Shown: positions 50,153 through 58,865 of the stretch, piece after piece
Position numbering within the stretch: the stretch's first letter is position 1
How the letters are laid out: the number at the start of each line of letters is the position of its first letter
Assembly: GCA_017451695.1 (NCBI GenBank)
Contig: JAFTNW010000003.1
Span: 18,360 to 82,359 of the forward strand
Source: Bacteroidaceae bacterium
GTDB taxonomy: Bacteria; Bacteroidota; Bacteroidia; Bacteroidales; Bacteroidaceae
DNA: 64,000 bases
Reading direction: 5' to 3'
Position numbers and translations under genes: made by a program
The notes under the pieces: generated by a model
What the model saw: the letters and a program-made list of their open reading frames with translations, nothing else
What the model was told of the DNA's origin: nothing
The model's database searches: none

Positions 50153-51113
50153 CCTAACCCTTGCCATCTGCGTTTATAACGCAGAGAAATACATAAAAGA
50201 TACACTGCAATCGGTTCTTGCACAAACGATGCAGGATTTTCATTTGATCATTATTGACGATTGCAGCAGCGACGGGAGTGTTGCTGCAATTGAAACGTTC
50301 TTCCAGGAGCGTCCACGGCAATACGAACTTATTTCGTTTGAGGAGAATGGTGGCATAGGGCACGCAAGGCACTTTGCCGAACGGCACGCACAAACCAAAT
50401 ACATGATGTTCCTTGATGCCGACGATATTCTCTATCATCATGCAATAGAAACAATGTATAAAAAAATAACAGCCGATGACGACCTTATGGCTGTGGGCTG
50501 TTACCTTGAGTACATAAACGATAAAGGCGAAAAGATTGGGGGCGGGCTGTTCTTGGGAGAAAAGACAAAAGAGAAATTCCGCGAAAAGGCAGCTGCAAAA
50601 AAGCTCTTTTTCATGCAACCAACTGCCATTTACAATCGTGAAATAGCACTATCGGTTGGCGGATATGTAATAGATGGTTACCCGCAAGGCAAGCCGCGTT
50701 ACCAGGATTTTTGCGAGGATCTCGATCTGTGGACCCGCATGAGCGACCTTTACAAAGAGGGAAAGGCCATTATTATTGTGCCCCAGGTATTGTGCAAATA
50801 CCGCAAAGGGAGTGGGCTTTCAAGCAATGCCTTTAACATGATAATAAAAATGCGCTACACAAAGAGCAATCTCTTGCGCAGGCGGGCCGGGGAGAAAGAA
50901 CTCACATTTATAGAATTTTACAATTCGCTCACTACCGAGCAACTGAAAGAGCTACACAAGGATGCAAATGCAGCCGACGCCCTGCGCAATGGTGCTTTTT
51001 ACCTTAAAAAAGGCAATATATTCAAAGGCGCATGGGAGATTATCAAGTGCATATACTACCGCCCGCTATATATTTGGGACAAGATAAAGCACAATTCGGG
51101 GATAGGGAAATAG
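50145..51113 (+). CDS. Glycosyltransferase family 2
   Basis: LAICVYNAEKYIKDTLQSVLAQT, IIIDDCSSDGS, and DXD FLDADD. Confidence 0.85.
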   Translation: MPDLTLAICVYNAEKYIKDTLQSVLAQTMQDFHLIIIDDCSSDGSVAAIETFFQERPRQYELISFEENGGIGHARHFAERHAQTKYMMFLDADDILYHHAIETMYKKITADDDLMAVGCYLEYINDKGEKIGGGLFLGEKTKEKFREKAAAKKLFFMQPTAIYNREIALSVGGYVIDGYPQGKPRYQDFCEDLDLWTRMSDLYKEGKAIIIVPQVLCKYRKGSGLSSNAFNMIIKMRYTKSNLLRRRAGEKELTFIEFYNSLTTEQLKELHKDANAADALRNGAFYLKKGNIFKGAWEIIKCIYYRPLYIWDKIKHNSGIGK

Positions 51114-51210
51114 AGGCTATAATTAATACAACTAAAAACAGAGCGCTCCGCTTATTTGCAATTAAAAGGAGTTCCCCAAAGGGGTGAGGAGATAAAAGAC
51201 ACAACACAGA

Positions 51211-52536
51211 ATGAACCAAACAGAAAACACCATAAAACACATAAACGAGGTAATAGGACTGCTGAACAAGGAGGCCGACTATGCCGTGCTGCGCAACTTC
51301 GAGGGGCTACCCGACAAGAACAACAGCCGCGACATAGATATTATAATCACCCGCAAAAGTTACAACAGAGTTAAAAACACCCTTGTGGAACTGATTGACA
51401 AAAGTGGCTGGAAGATTATCACCTACTTGCACAGCGACCGCCTCATTAGCTATGTATGTGCCACAACCACCGAAGAACAAAACGACATTATACAGTGGGA
51501 TTTCTTCTTCGACACATCGGTGTGGGGAATACAGTTGATGAGTGCCGAGGAGTTCCTTGCACACAGAAAGTTCAACGGTTTCCTCTACTACATAGATACC
51601 GACGGACAGTTCCTCGACAAATACCTGTATAACAGAGCAGTGGGCAGCAAATACCCCGAAAAATATCGTGCCACACGCGAAGCTGCCGAGCAGTTGCCCG
51701 TTGTTACAGAGAAGGTTAAAGAGATATTTGGCTGTGGCAGCGTTGCACAATGCGACAAGGAGAGTGGTAAAAAGCTCATTATAAGAGCATTGTGGGCAAA
51801 CATAAAGAAAAGACCGCTTGCTTTGGTGTGCAGCATCCTATATTTCCTTTACACATTTATTGGAAACTACATTTGCTCACGCACCGGGCTTAGTATAGGG
51901 TTCACAGGCCCCGACGGCAGCGGCAAGACAACCGTAATAGATATGTTAATGGAAAGGATTGCGCCGGTATTCGGTCTTGCACATAAATACTACCATTTCC
52001 GCCCCGCGCTGTTTGGGAATTTGGGCGAGGTGGCCCACTCGGCCGGCATTAAAAAAGAGGTGGATAGAAACTTCGACAAGCCTCATCGTGGCGGGAAAAC
52101 CGGCAAACTAAACTCACTTGCCCGCCTTGTCTACTACTCGATTGATTATATTATAGGCTATTTTATAAAGGTTAAAAGTGTTACGCGAATCACCCGCGTG
52201 GTGGTTTTTGACCGTTACTTCACCGATATTATTTGCGACAGCCGTCGCACGCGCATATACCTTAATCATAAGTTCCTCTATTGGTGGGGCAAGCTGTTCA
52301 TCCCATCGCTCAACTATAATATACTGCTCACTGCAAGCAGCGAAACCATACTTGCACGCAAGCGCGAGCTCGATGAGGAAGGCATAAGAAGAATAAACGA
52401 CAAGATAGACTACCTGTGCAGCAAAAAGAGCTACCGCAAGGTGCTTAACGAAACTACCCCGCAGGCAGCTGTGTGCGAGATTCTCACACACGTTTTTGAG
52501 GAGCAACACAAAAAGAATTTAAGAAGATTAAAATAG
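51211..52536 (+). CDS. Two-domain protein: N-terminal nucleotidyltransferase-like domain, one TM helix, and a C-terminal P-loop (dNK/thymidylate-kinase-like) domain
   Basis: N-terminal half YAVLRNFEGLPDKNNSRDIDIIITR. Hydrophobic segment LALVCSILYFLYTFIGNYICS. Walker A GFTGPDGSGKTTVIDML, VVFDRY (Walker B/DRY-like) and the lid-like ILARKRE. Confidence 0.5.
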   Translation: MNQTENTIKHINEVIGLLNKEADYAVLRNFEGLPDKNNSRDIDIIITRKSYNRVKNTLVELIDKSGWKIITYLHSDRLISYVCATTTEEQNDIIQWDFFFDTSVWGIQLMSAEEFLAHRKFNGFLYYIDTDGQFLDKYLYNRAVGSKYPEKYRATREAAEQLPVVTEKVKEIFGCGSVAQCDKESGKKLIIRALWANIKKRPLALVCSILYFLYTFIGNYICSRTGLSIGFTGPDGSGKTTVIDMLMERIAPVFGLAHKYYHFRPALFGNLGEVAHSAGIKKEVDRNFDKPHRGGKTGKLNSLARLVYYSIDYIIGYFIKVKSVTRITRVVVFDRYFTDIICDSRRTRIYLNHKFLYWWGKLFIPSLNYNILLTASSETILARKRELDEEGIRRINDKIDYLCSKKSYRKVLNETTPQAAVCEILTHVFEEQHKKNLRRLK

Positions 52537-52539
52537 ATT

Positions 52540-53481
52540 ATGACCTCACAAAGAATTGAATTTATCGACCTTGCAAAGGGGGTGTGCATGATACTAATTG
52601 TTGTTGGACATTGTGGAATAAATACATATGGAGGAGACACTATACCTTTATATTTCATTATGAGCGGAATGTTCTTCAAGACATATGACAATTCCAAAAC
52701 ATTCTTTATAAAAAAAATAAATGGCATACTCATTCCTTTTCTATTCTTTTATTTAATCGCATATATACCTTTTTACATTATTAAATTCTACAACCCCAAT
52801 TTACTCATAACAGCATCAAACGGAATTCTAGACATCTTTAATAATCGACAATTTTTTAATGGTCCAATTTGGTTTGTTCTAACACTTTTTGGATGCAATA
52901 TCTTATTATACATTATATTTAGACTAATAAACAAAGATGCATTTCGTATCCTTATAGTAATAATCATTGGTGCTGCGGGTTGGACTTTAGGATATTATAA
53001 AATATTTCTCCCCTGCTTTGTCGATGTAGCCATGACATCATTACCATTTTTTGCATTAGGGTATTATCTAAATAAAACATATATCTTTAATTTTAATAAA
53101 ACCCTTTGCCTTATTATTGGAATAACATTTCTTCTAATTTCTTGCTATGTTCCACACAGGATTTCTTTACATTACAATGTAATAGAAAATCTCAATTCTT
53201 ATCTTGCAGCTCTTACTGTCGCATTCGCCATACTATATGTAAGTGCAAGCATAAAATACATTCCGTTTATCAACTACTTTGGCAGATTCTCTCTTATTCC
53301 TTTGTGTATACACCATATGATATATCGCCCATTGAAAGTATTTTTACAAGATGTTGATTTGGTTGCCATAAACAATGTGTATATAGTTGCCGGCATAACC
53401 ATGCTTATATCCACATTGTGCATCCCGCTATGCATTAAATTTATACCACAATTTGTTGCACAAAAAGATTTGATAAAATAG
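52540..53481 (+). CDS. AT3 family membrane O-acyltransferase
   Basis: IEFIDLAKGVCMILIVVGHC N-terminus; 313 aa, polytopic. Confidence 0.7.
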   Translation: MTSQRIEFIDLAKGVCMILIVVGHCGINTYGGDTIPLYFIMSGMFFKTYDNSKTFFIKKINGILIPFLFFYLIAYIPFYIIKFYNPNLLITASNGILDIFNNRQFFNGPIWFVLTLFGCNILLYIIFRLINKDAFRILIVIIIGAAGWTLGYYKIFLPCFVDVAMTSLPFFALGYYLNKTYIFNFNKTLCLIIGITFLLISCYVPHRISLHYNVIENLNSYLAALTVAFAILYVSASIKYIPFINYFGRFSLIPLCIHHMIYRPLKVFLQDVDLVAINNVYIVAGITMLISTLCIPLCIKFIPQFVAQKDLIK

Positions 53482-53499
53482 TTTGAATTACAAAAACAA

Positions 53500-54513
53500 A
53501 TGAGCACCCCGTTCTTTTCAATCATTATTCCGATATATAACGGACTGACACACGACCTACCCGTGTGCCTCAACAGCATCTGGAATCAATCGTTAGACAA
53601 AAAACTATATGAGGTTATATGCGTTGATGATTGCAGCACCGATGGCACACGCCAATGGCTAAAAGAGCAACGCGAAGCCCACCCAAACCTGCAAGTAATT
53701 GAAAATCAAGAAAATATACGCCAGGGGGGGTCGCGAAACCGAGGAGTAAAAGCAGCAAAGGGGAAATATATCATATTTATTGACCAAGACGATTATTACC
53801 ACAAAGAAGGCATCACCCTAGCATATAATCACTTACAAGAAAATAATTTGGAGATTCTTATTGTAGATTGTGCATACCAATCACCCGGGAAAGTGAGCAA
53901 CGAACTGCAACACAACTTTCCACATCGCGAAATAATGAGTGGCGACGAAATAATTGAAAAGAATTCAATACCATACGCTCCGTGGAAGTTCATATTCTTG
54001 CGTTCCCATATGATAGACAACAATCTTTTCTTTGCAGAGAACGAGAGAATTGAGGATATTGACTGGGTGCACAAATTGGTACATTACGCACAACGTGTGC
54101 AGTACCAACCAATACTCTTTATACATTACAATAAGACGAGCATATCTACTACAATGGTCGCCTATAAATCAAAAGAAGTCATATACGCTGGTTTGAATAT
54201 GGCAGCAAGAATTATGGATTTAACAGAGAACTGCTTTGCTAATTCTAATTACAATGTAAAAACATATATAAGTAACTTGGCAATACATCATTACTATCTG
54301 AACTTGCGAAATTATTTTTCATTTTATGACAATGCGCGACGAAAAGCAAATATGATAGAACAATATATAAAGACAAATAACAACAAGAGCAATTCTATTG
54401 TAATATTTGCACAAAGATTTCCTAGACTATTTTCTATAACATCAAACATATTAAGCCCAATCGGCCAATTCGCATTATACCTATATAGGTCATACAAATA
54501 TAAAAAGCACTAA
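53500..54513 (+). CDS. Glycosyltransferase family 2 (paralog A of a tandem pair)
   Basis: FSIIIPIYNG, CVDDCSTDGT, and DXD FIDQDD. It contains a G7 run at 53724-53730. Confidence 0.85.
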   Translation: MSTPFFSIIIPIYNGLTHDLPVCLNSIWNQSLDKKLYEVICVDDCSTDGTRQWLKEQREAHPNLQVIENQENIRQGGSRNRGVKAAKGKYIIFIDQDDYYHKEGITLAYNHLQENNLEILIVDCAYQSPGKVSNELQHNFPHREIMSGDEIIEKNSIPYAPWKFIFLRSHMIDNNLFFAENERIEDIDWVHKLVHYAQRVQYQPILFIHYNKTSISTTMVAYKSKEVIYAGLNMAARIMDLTENCFANSNYNVKTYISNLAIHHYYLNLRNYFSFYDNARRKANMIEQYIKTNNNKSNSIVIFAQRFPRLFSITSNILSPIGQFALYLYRSYKYKKH

Positions 54514-54524
54514 ATAAATAGGTA

Positions 54525-55538
54525 ATGAATAATACACCGTTTTTTTCAATTATTATTCCGGTATATAACGGACTTACACACGACCTGCCGGCGTGCCTCA
54601 ATAGCATATGGAACCAATCATTAGACAAAGAACTATACGAGGTTATATGCGTTGATGATTGCAGCACCGATGGCACACGCCAATGGCTAAAAGAGCAACA
54701 CAAGGCCCATCCAAACCTACGAATAATTGAAAATCAAAAAAATATACGCCAGGGGGGGGCGCGAAACCGAGGAGTCAAGGTTGCTAAAGGAAAATATATT
54801 TTGTTCATAGACCAAGATGACTATTTTCATAAAGGAGGCATTGACAAGGTTTACGAGCACTTAAAAGAAAACGAATTAGATATTCTTGTTACAGACTCAG
54901 CGTATCAGTTCAAAGGATATGAACATAACAATCTGCAACTGAATCTTGAATACACAGATGTTACCGATTGTGAAGGATATGTAAAAAGAAACGGATGGAC
55001 CATTGCCCCATGGCGACTATGTTTCAATAGAGAATTCTATAATAATACAGGGGTACAATTTGAAGAAAATTGCAGAATAGAAGATGTCGATTGGAGTGTA
55101 AACCTTTTCTTTTATGCAAAAAGAGTACAATATCAACCTATTCTTTTGATACATTACATAAAAGCAGAAAGCGGAACTACCGATAACATGTATAGAAACA
55201 AAGAGATACTCATTGCTAACACCATGGCCGGCAACAGAACACTTCGATTAGGGTATGAGCTATACAAAAATTCGGCTATTAAGAGCAATGTCATAGACCT
55301 TGCCGACTCATACTATAATTACACCTGTAAATACCTCTTCGGCCTGTTCTGCTCTCTGAAAGGCAAAAAAGAGATTATCAATCTGATAGAGATCAAAGAA
55401 TCAAAATATCGTTTGGTAAGATATGCCATTAAATACCCAACCCTTTATGCCATATTCACAAATTGCATGGTTCCACTCTTTAGAATAGCAAGAACCATAC
55501 ATAGAAAAAGAACCGCAAAAAGATTGCAATCCCAATGA
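54525..55538 (+). CDS. Glycosyltransferase family 2 (paralog B of a tandem pair)
   Basis: FSIIIPVYNG, CVDDCSTDGT, and DXD FIDQDD. It contains a G8 run at 54752-54759. The first 100 or so codons are nearly identical to paralog A. Confidence 0.85.
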   Translation: MNNTPFFSIIIPVYNGLTHDLPACLNSIWNQSLDKELYEVICVDDCSTDGTRQWLKEQHKAHPNLRIIENQKNIRQGGARNRGVKVAKGKYILFIDQDDYFHKGGIDKVYEHLKENELDILVTDSAYQFKGYEHNNLQLNLEYTDVTDCEGYVKRNGWTIAPWRLCFNREFYNNTGVQFEENCRIEDVDWSVNLFFYAKRVQYQPILLIHYIKAESGTTDNMYRNKEILIANTMAGNRTLRLGYELYKNSAIKSNVIDLADSYYNYTCKYLFGLFCSLKGKKEIINLIEIKESKYRLVRYAIKYPTLYAIFTNCMVPLFRIARTIHRKRTAKRLQSQ

Positions 55539-56779
55539 CACACCCCAAGTATAAGATATTCGTTTCGGCATACGCTTGCGAGCCCGGGCTGGGCAGCGAG
55601 ATAGGCGTGGGCTGGCACTGGGTGCTGGAGATGTCGCGCTACTTTGAGCTGTGGGTGCTCACGCGCGAGAGCAACCGCCCTACCATAGAGCCATGGATAG
55701 CCCTGCACCCCGAATACAAGGGCATACATTTCCTCTATTTCGACCTGCCCAAGTGGGCACGATTCTGGAAAAAGGGGCTGCGCGGGGTGCGTACCTACTA
55801 CAATATATGGCAATACTGCACCAACAGCATTGTAAAGCGCACTATGCGCGAGAATGATATAAAGATATTCCACCACCTCACATACGGCAATATGCTGTGG
55901 AAGGTGAGTTCCTATGGGCAAAAGCAGTTCTTCATTTGGGGTCCTGTGGGTGGATTGGAGACTATCCCTGCCGAGTACAGCCGCCACTACACAGGCAAAG
56001 CACGCCTCATAGAGTGGGTGCGCCGTGCTGCAATTAAACTGCTGCCATTGAATTTTGGTTTCAAAAAGCGTTGCCGCAATGCCGACCTCATGCTGTGCAA
56101 GACCGAGATTACACACAACCTTATACCCGAAAGCCAACGCCACAAGAGCGTGCTATTTACCGACGTGGCAGTAGAAGATGTTGCAAAGGCGTTTGAAGAA
56201 CAGGCAGCTTGTAACGACAAGATAGAATATATTACCGTGGGCCGATTGGATGCTTGGCGCGGATTCGACCTTGTGATAGAGAGCTTTGCACGTGCAGCAC
56301 AAAACAACCCCAATATGCACCTTACTATTGTGGGCAAGGGCAGCGACAAAGAGCGCTTGCAGGCACTTGCAAAAGAGTGTGGCGTTGAGGGACAGATAAC
56401 TTTCACAGGCAAAGTGGATATGAATGAATATTATCGCCTGCTCGCAGCTGCAGATGTGGTGATAAATGCCTCGCTTAAAGAGGGGGCCGTAACCGTTTCG
56501 TTCGACACAATGGCTATGGGCAAGCCCCTTATATGCCTCGACACCACCGGCTACACACGTTACTTTTCAAATGATTATGCCATAGTAATCCCCCGCACCA
56601 CCCGCAGCGAGGTTATTTACGAATTGAGCCGTGCAATAGAGCGCATGAGCAATGCCGACGAGCGCAAACTGCTCGGTGAAAAGGCTAAAAATGCCGGCAT
56701 GCAGTTTACTTGGGAGGCACGCGGCAAGGAGTTCAGAGATTTGCTAAATGAAAGAATTGTAATAACGGAATGCAAATAA
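55535..56779 (+). CDS. Glycosyltransferase family 4
   Basis: N-terminus IFVSAYACEPGLGSEIGVGWHW, and C-terminus INASLKEGAVTVSFDTMAMGKPLICL. ATGA overlap with the upstream gene. It is much more GC-rich than its neighbours. Confidence 0.8.
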   Translation: MTHPKYKIFVSAYACEPGLGSEIGVGWHWVLEMSRYFELWVLTRESNRPTIEPWIALHPEYKGIHFLYFDLPKWARFWKKGLRGVRTYYNIWQYCTNSIVKRTMRENDIKIFHHLTYGNMLWKVSSYGQKQFFIWGPVGGLETIPAEYSRHYTGKARLIEWVRRAAIKLLPLNFGFKKRCRNADLMLCKTEITHNLIPESQRHKSVLFTDVAVEDVAKAFEEQAACNDKIEYITVGRLDAWRGFDLVIESFARAAQNNPNMHLTIVGKGSDKERLQALAKECGVEGQITFTGKVDMNEYYRLLAAADVVINASLKEGAVTVSFDTMAMGKPLICLDTTGYTRYFSNDYAIVIPRTTRSEVIYELSRAIERMSNADERKLLGEKAKNAGMQFTWEARGKEFRDLLNERIVITECK

Positions 56780-56830
56780 TCTCAACATATTCAATAAATC
56801 ACATAAAAGATAACTAATATAGGAAATTGT

Positions 56831-57844
56831 ATGAACCACTCTATAAATTTCTTTAGGATTCTATTTACATTAGTAATAGCATTGTTTCATTATCCAATCC
56901 TATCAAGAGGCTATTTAGATTCAGGGTGGATTGTTGTGGAGTTCTTCTTTATTTTATCAGGGTACTACCTATATAATACTTGTGTAAAAAAGAACTTGAG
57001 TACAGTGCAATATATGCAAAAGAGAATAGATAAGTTTTGGTTTAAAACTATTCTTATTGGATTGTTACTAAATGTTATTGAGTATGAGAAAATAATTGAT
57101 TCAAGTTTTACTGATAACATTAAACACTTCGCAAAAGAACTACTATTGCTTAATGAGGTAATTCCGTTCAATGACAGTATTAGTACTATAAATATTTCGG
57201 TATGGTATATCTGCGTTCTTATATATGCAAGTGCACTTATATATGCAATATTAAAATATCTCCCGCAGTATCATAAGCCCATTCTTATTATTATTTGTTT
57301 TTGCACATACCTGTATTTGTTTAATTCACATGAGCCAAACATTCAATTCGCAATATATCCATATTCATTGGCTCGCGGAATATTATCAATATCTATTGGT
57401 TGTATATTAAATATTTTTATAAACAATTATCATAATGCCATAAGTCTAAAGTTAAAAAATGCATTAAGCATCATTTCATTAATTATTATTATTTATTCAC
57501 TTCCATATAATAACATTTTTGGGTTTGTACCCATTGTCTGCTTTATATTTATTATAATCGCCTGTATGGATAAAAGGACTCTCTTATACAAAATACTTGA
57601 TAGGCCCATATTTTCTAAACTCTCTCCATATTGTTTTGAAATATTCATAATTCATTGGATGGTGATAAAGATACCATACCATATTATGGCAATACTATTT
57701 GGCAAGAGCTCTAATTTTGCTCCTTTAGAAAAAATAATCGGTATATTCATATATTTTACAATATTATTTATTTCAGCGTACATTTACAGCAAAGTTTGCA
57801 ACTATGTACAAAATAAAATAAAACAACTAATCAATGAAAAATGA
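56831..57844 (+). CDS. AT3 family membrane O-acyltransferase
   Basis: INFFRILFTLVIALFHYP and FFFILSGYYL; 337 aa, polytopic, very AT-rich. Confidence 0.7.
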   Translation: MNHSINFFRILFTLVIALFHYPILSRGYLDSGWIVVEFFFILSGYYLYNTCVKKNLSTVQYMQKRIDKFWFKTILIGLLLNVIEYEKIIDSSFTDNIKHFAKELLLLNEVIPFNDSISTINISVWYICVLIYASALIYAILKYLPQYHKPILIIICFCTYLYLFNSHEPNIQFAIYPYSLARGILSISIGCILNIFINNYHNAISLKLKNALSIISLIIIIYSLPYNNIFGFVPIVCFIFIIIACMDKRTLLYKILDRPIFSKLSPYCFEIFIIHWMVIKIPYHIMAILFGKSSNFAPLEKIIGIFIYFTILFISAYIYSKVCNYVQNKIKQLINEK

Positions 57845-58865
57845 GCGCAAATCCAACATTGAACTGCTGCGAATAATATTAATGTTCATGATTTTAGCTT
57901 TGCACGCAAATGTGCTAAGCCTTGACTTTCCATCAGTAAAAGAATGTATTGATTATCCACTTCAATCTTTCATGCGATATTTTAACGAGTACCTATGCTT
58001 AGGTGCAGTAAATACCTATGTGCTAATATCAGGTTGGTTTGGAATAAACTATAAAACAAAAGGGCTTTGCAATTTCCTATTTCAGTGCTTATTCTTTTCT
58101 ATTTCAATTTTTACGATATTCGCTATATTAGGAGAAATTGAAGTGACCAGAATAAACATTTTATCCTCATTGCTTTTATACAAGAACGCATATTGGTTTG
58201 TATGGAGCTATTTAATACTATATCTATTTTCTCCTGTATTAAACTGTTTTATACAGAACACAAAGAAAGAGACTTATAAAAAGGTTCTAATAGGTTTATT
58301 CTTGCTTCAAACAGTTGTATATATATTCACACGTTGCGGATTTTATCAAGCCGGCTATCACCCCTTATCATTTATATCCCTATACCTCCTTGCACGTTAT
58401 TTTCGCATATACAATCAAATACCAAACAAATACTTTGCTATTAGCGGATATTTTGCGTGCGCTTTGATAAATACATTATTAAATTTTCTACCAATATACA
58501 TACAACATAGGCCTACTTCTTTTACCGGAATATTATTCAACTATACAAATCCATTAAACATAGTAGGTCCTTTGTTTCTACTCTTTTTCTTTGTTAAATT
58601 AGAAATAAAAAACAGAGTTATTAACCAAGTTGCGGTCTCGTGTTTTGCCGTGTATTTATTTCATTGTCATTTTTGCATTTTAGAGCACTACAAATCACTT
58701 TGTTTAACTATTTTTAACAAATACGGGGGGATTTTATATCTTGTTTATATCGTATTGTTTATGTGCCTGACTTTTGTAATAGCTATCATCATTGACAAAG
58801 TGCGTATTTTTACGTTCAACCATATTTGGCAAATTATTGAAAAGAAAAAAGATGTTATTCAATAA
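57834..58865 (+). CDS. AT3 family membrane O-acyltransferase
   Basis: SNIELLRIILMFMILALHAN; 343 aa, polytopic. It overlaps the upstream AT3 gene by 11 nt. Confidence 0.7.
   Translation: MKNERKSNIELLRIILMFMILALHANVLSLDFPSVKECIDYPLQSFMRYFNEYLCLGAVNTYVLISGWFGINYKTKGLCNFLFQCLFFSISIFTIFAILGEIEVTRINILSSLLLYKNAYWFVWSYLILYLFSPVLNCFIQNTKKETYKKVLIGLFLLQTVVYIFTRCGFYQAGYHPLSFISLYLLARYFRIYNQIPNKYFAISGYFACALINTLLNFLPIYIQHRPTSFTGILFNYTNPLNIVGPLFLLFFFVKLEIKNRVINQVAVSCFAVYLFHCHFCILEHYKSLCLTIFNKYGGILYLVYIVLFMCLTFVIAIIIDKVRIFTFNHIWQIIEKKKDVIQ

Noticed and set aside
55445-56143. A 232-aa ORF on the minus strand.
   Set aside because: It lies entirely antisense to the GC-rich GT4 gene (55535-56779). It has no recognisable motifs and looks like a typical shadow ORF in GC-rich coding sequence.
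3971-58851. N-terminal extensions in the ORF track that begin at TTG or other upstream starts (3971, 7971, 14671, 15995, 18001, 21354, 25660, 25914, 28020, 30815, 44061, 58792).
   Set aside because: In each case an internal ATG gives a canonical N-terminus, either a signal peptide or a family-typical start. The extension often overlaps the upstream gene, a terminator or a promoter box.
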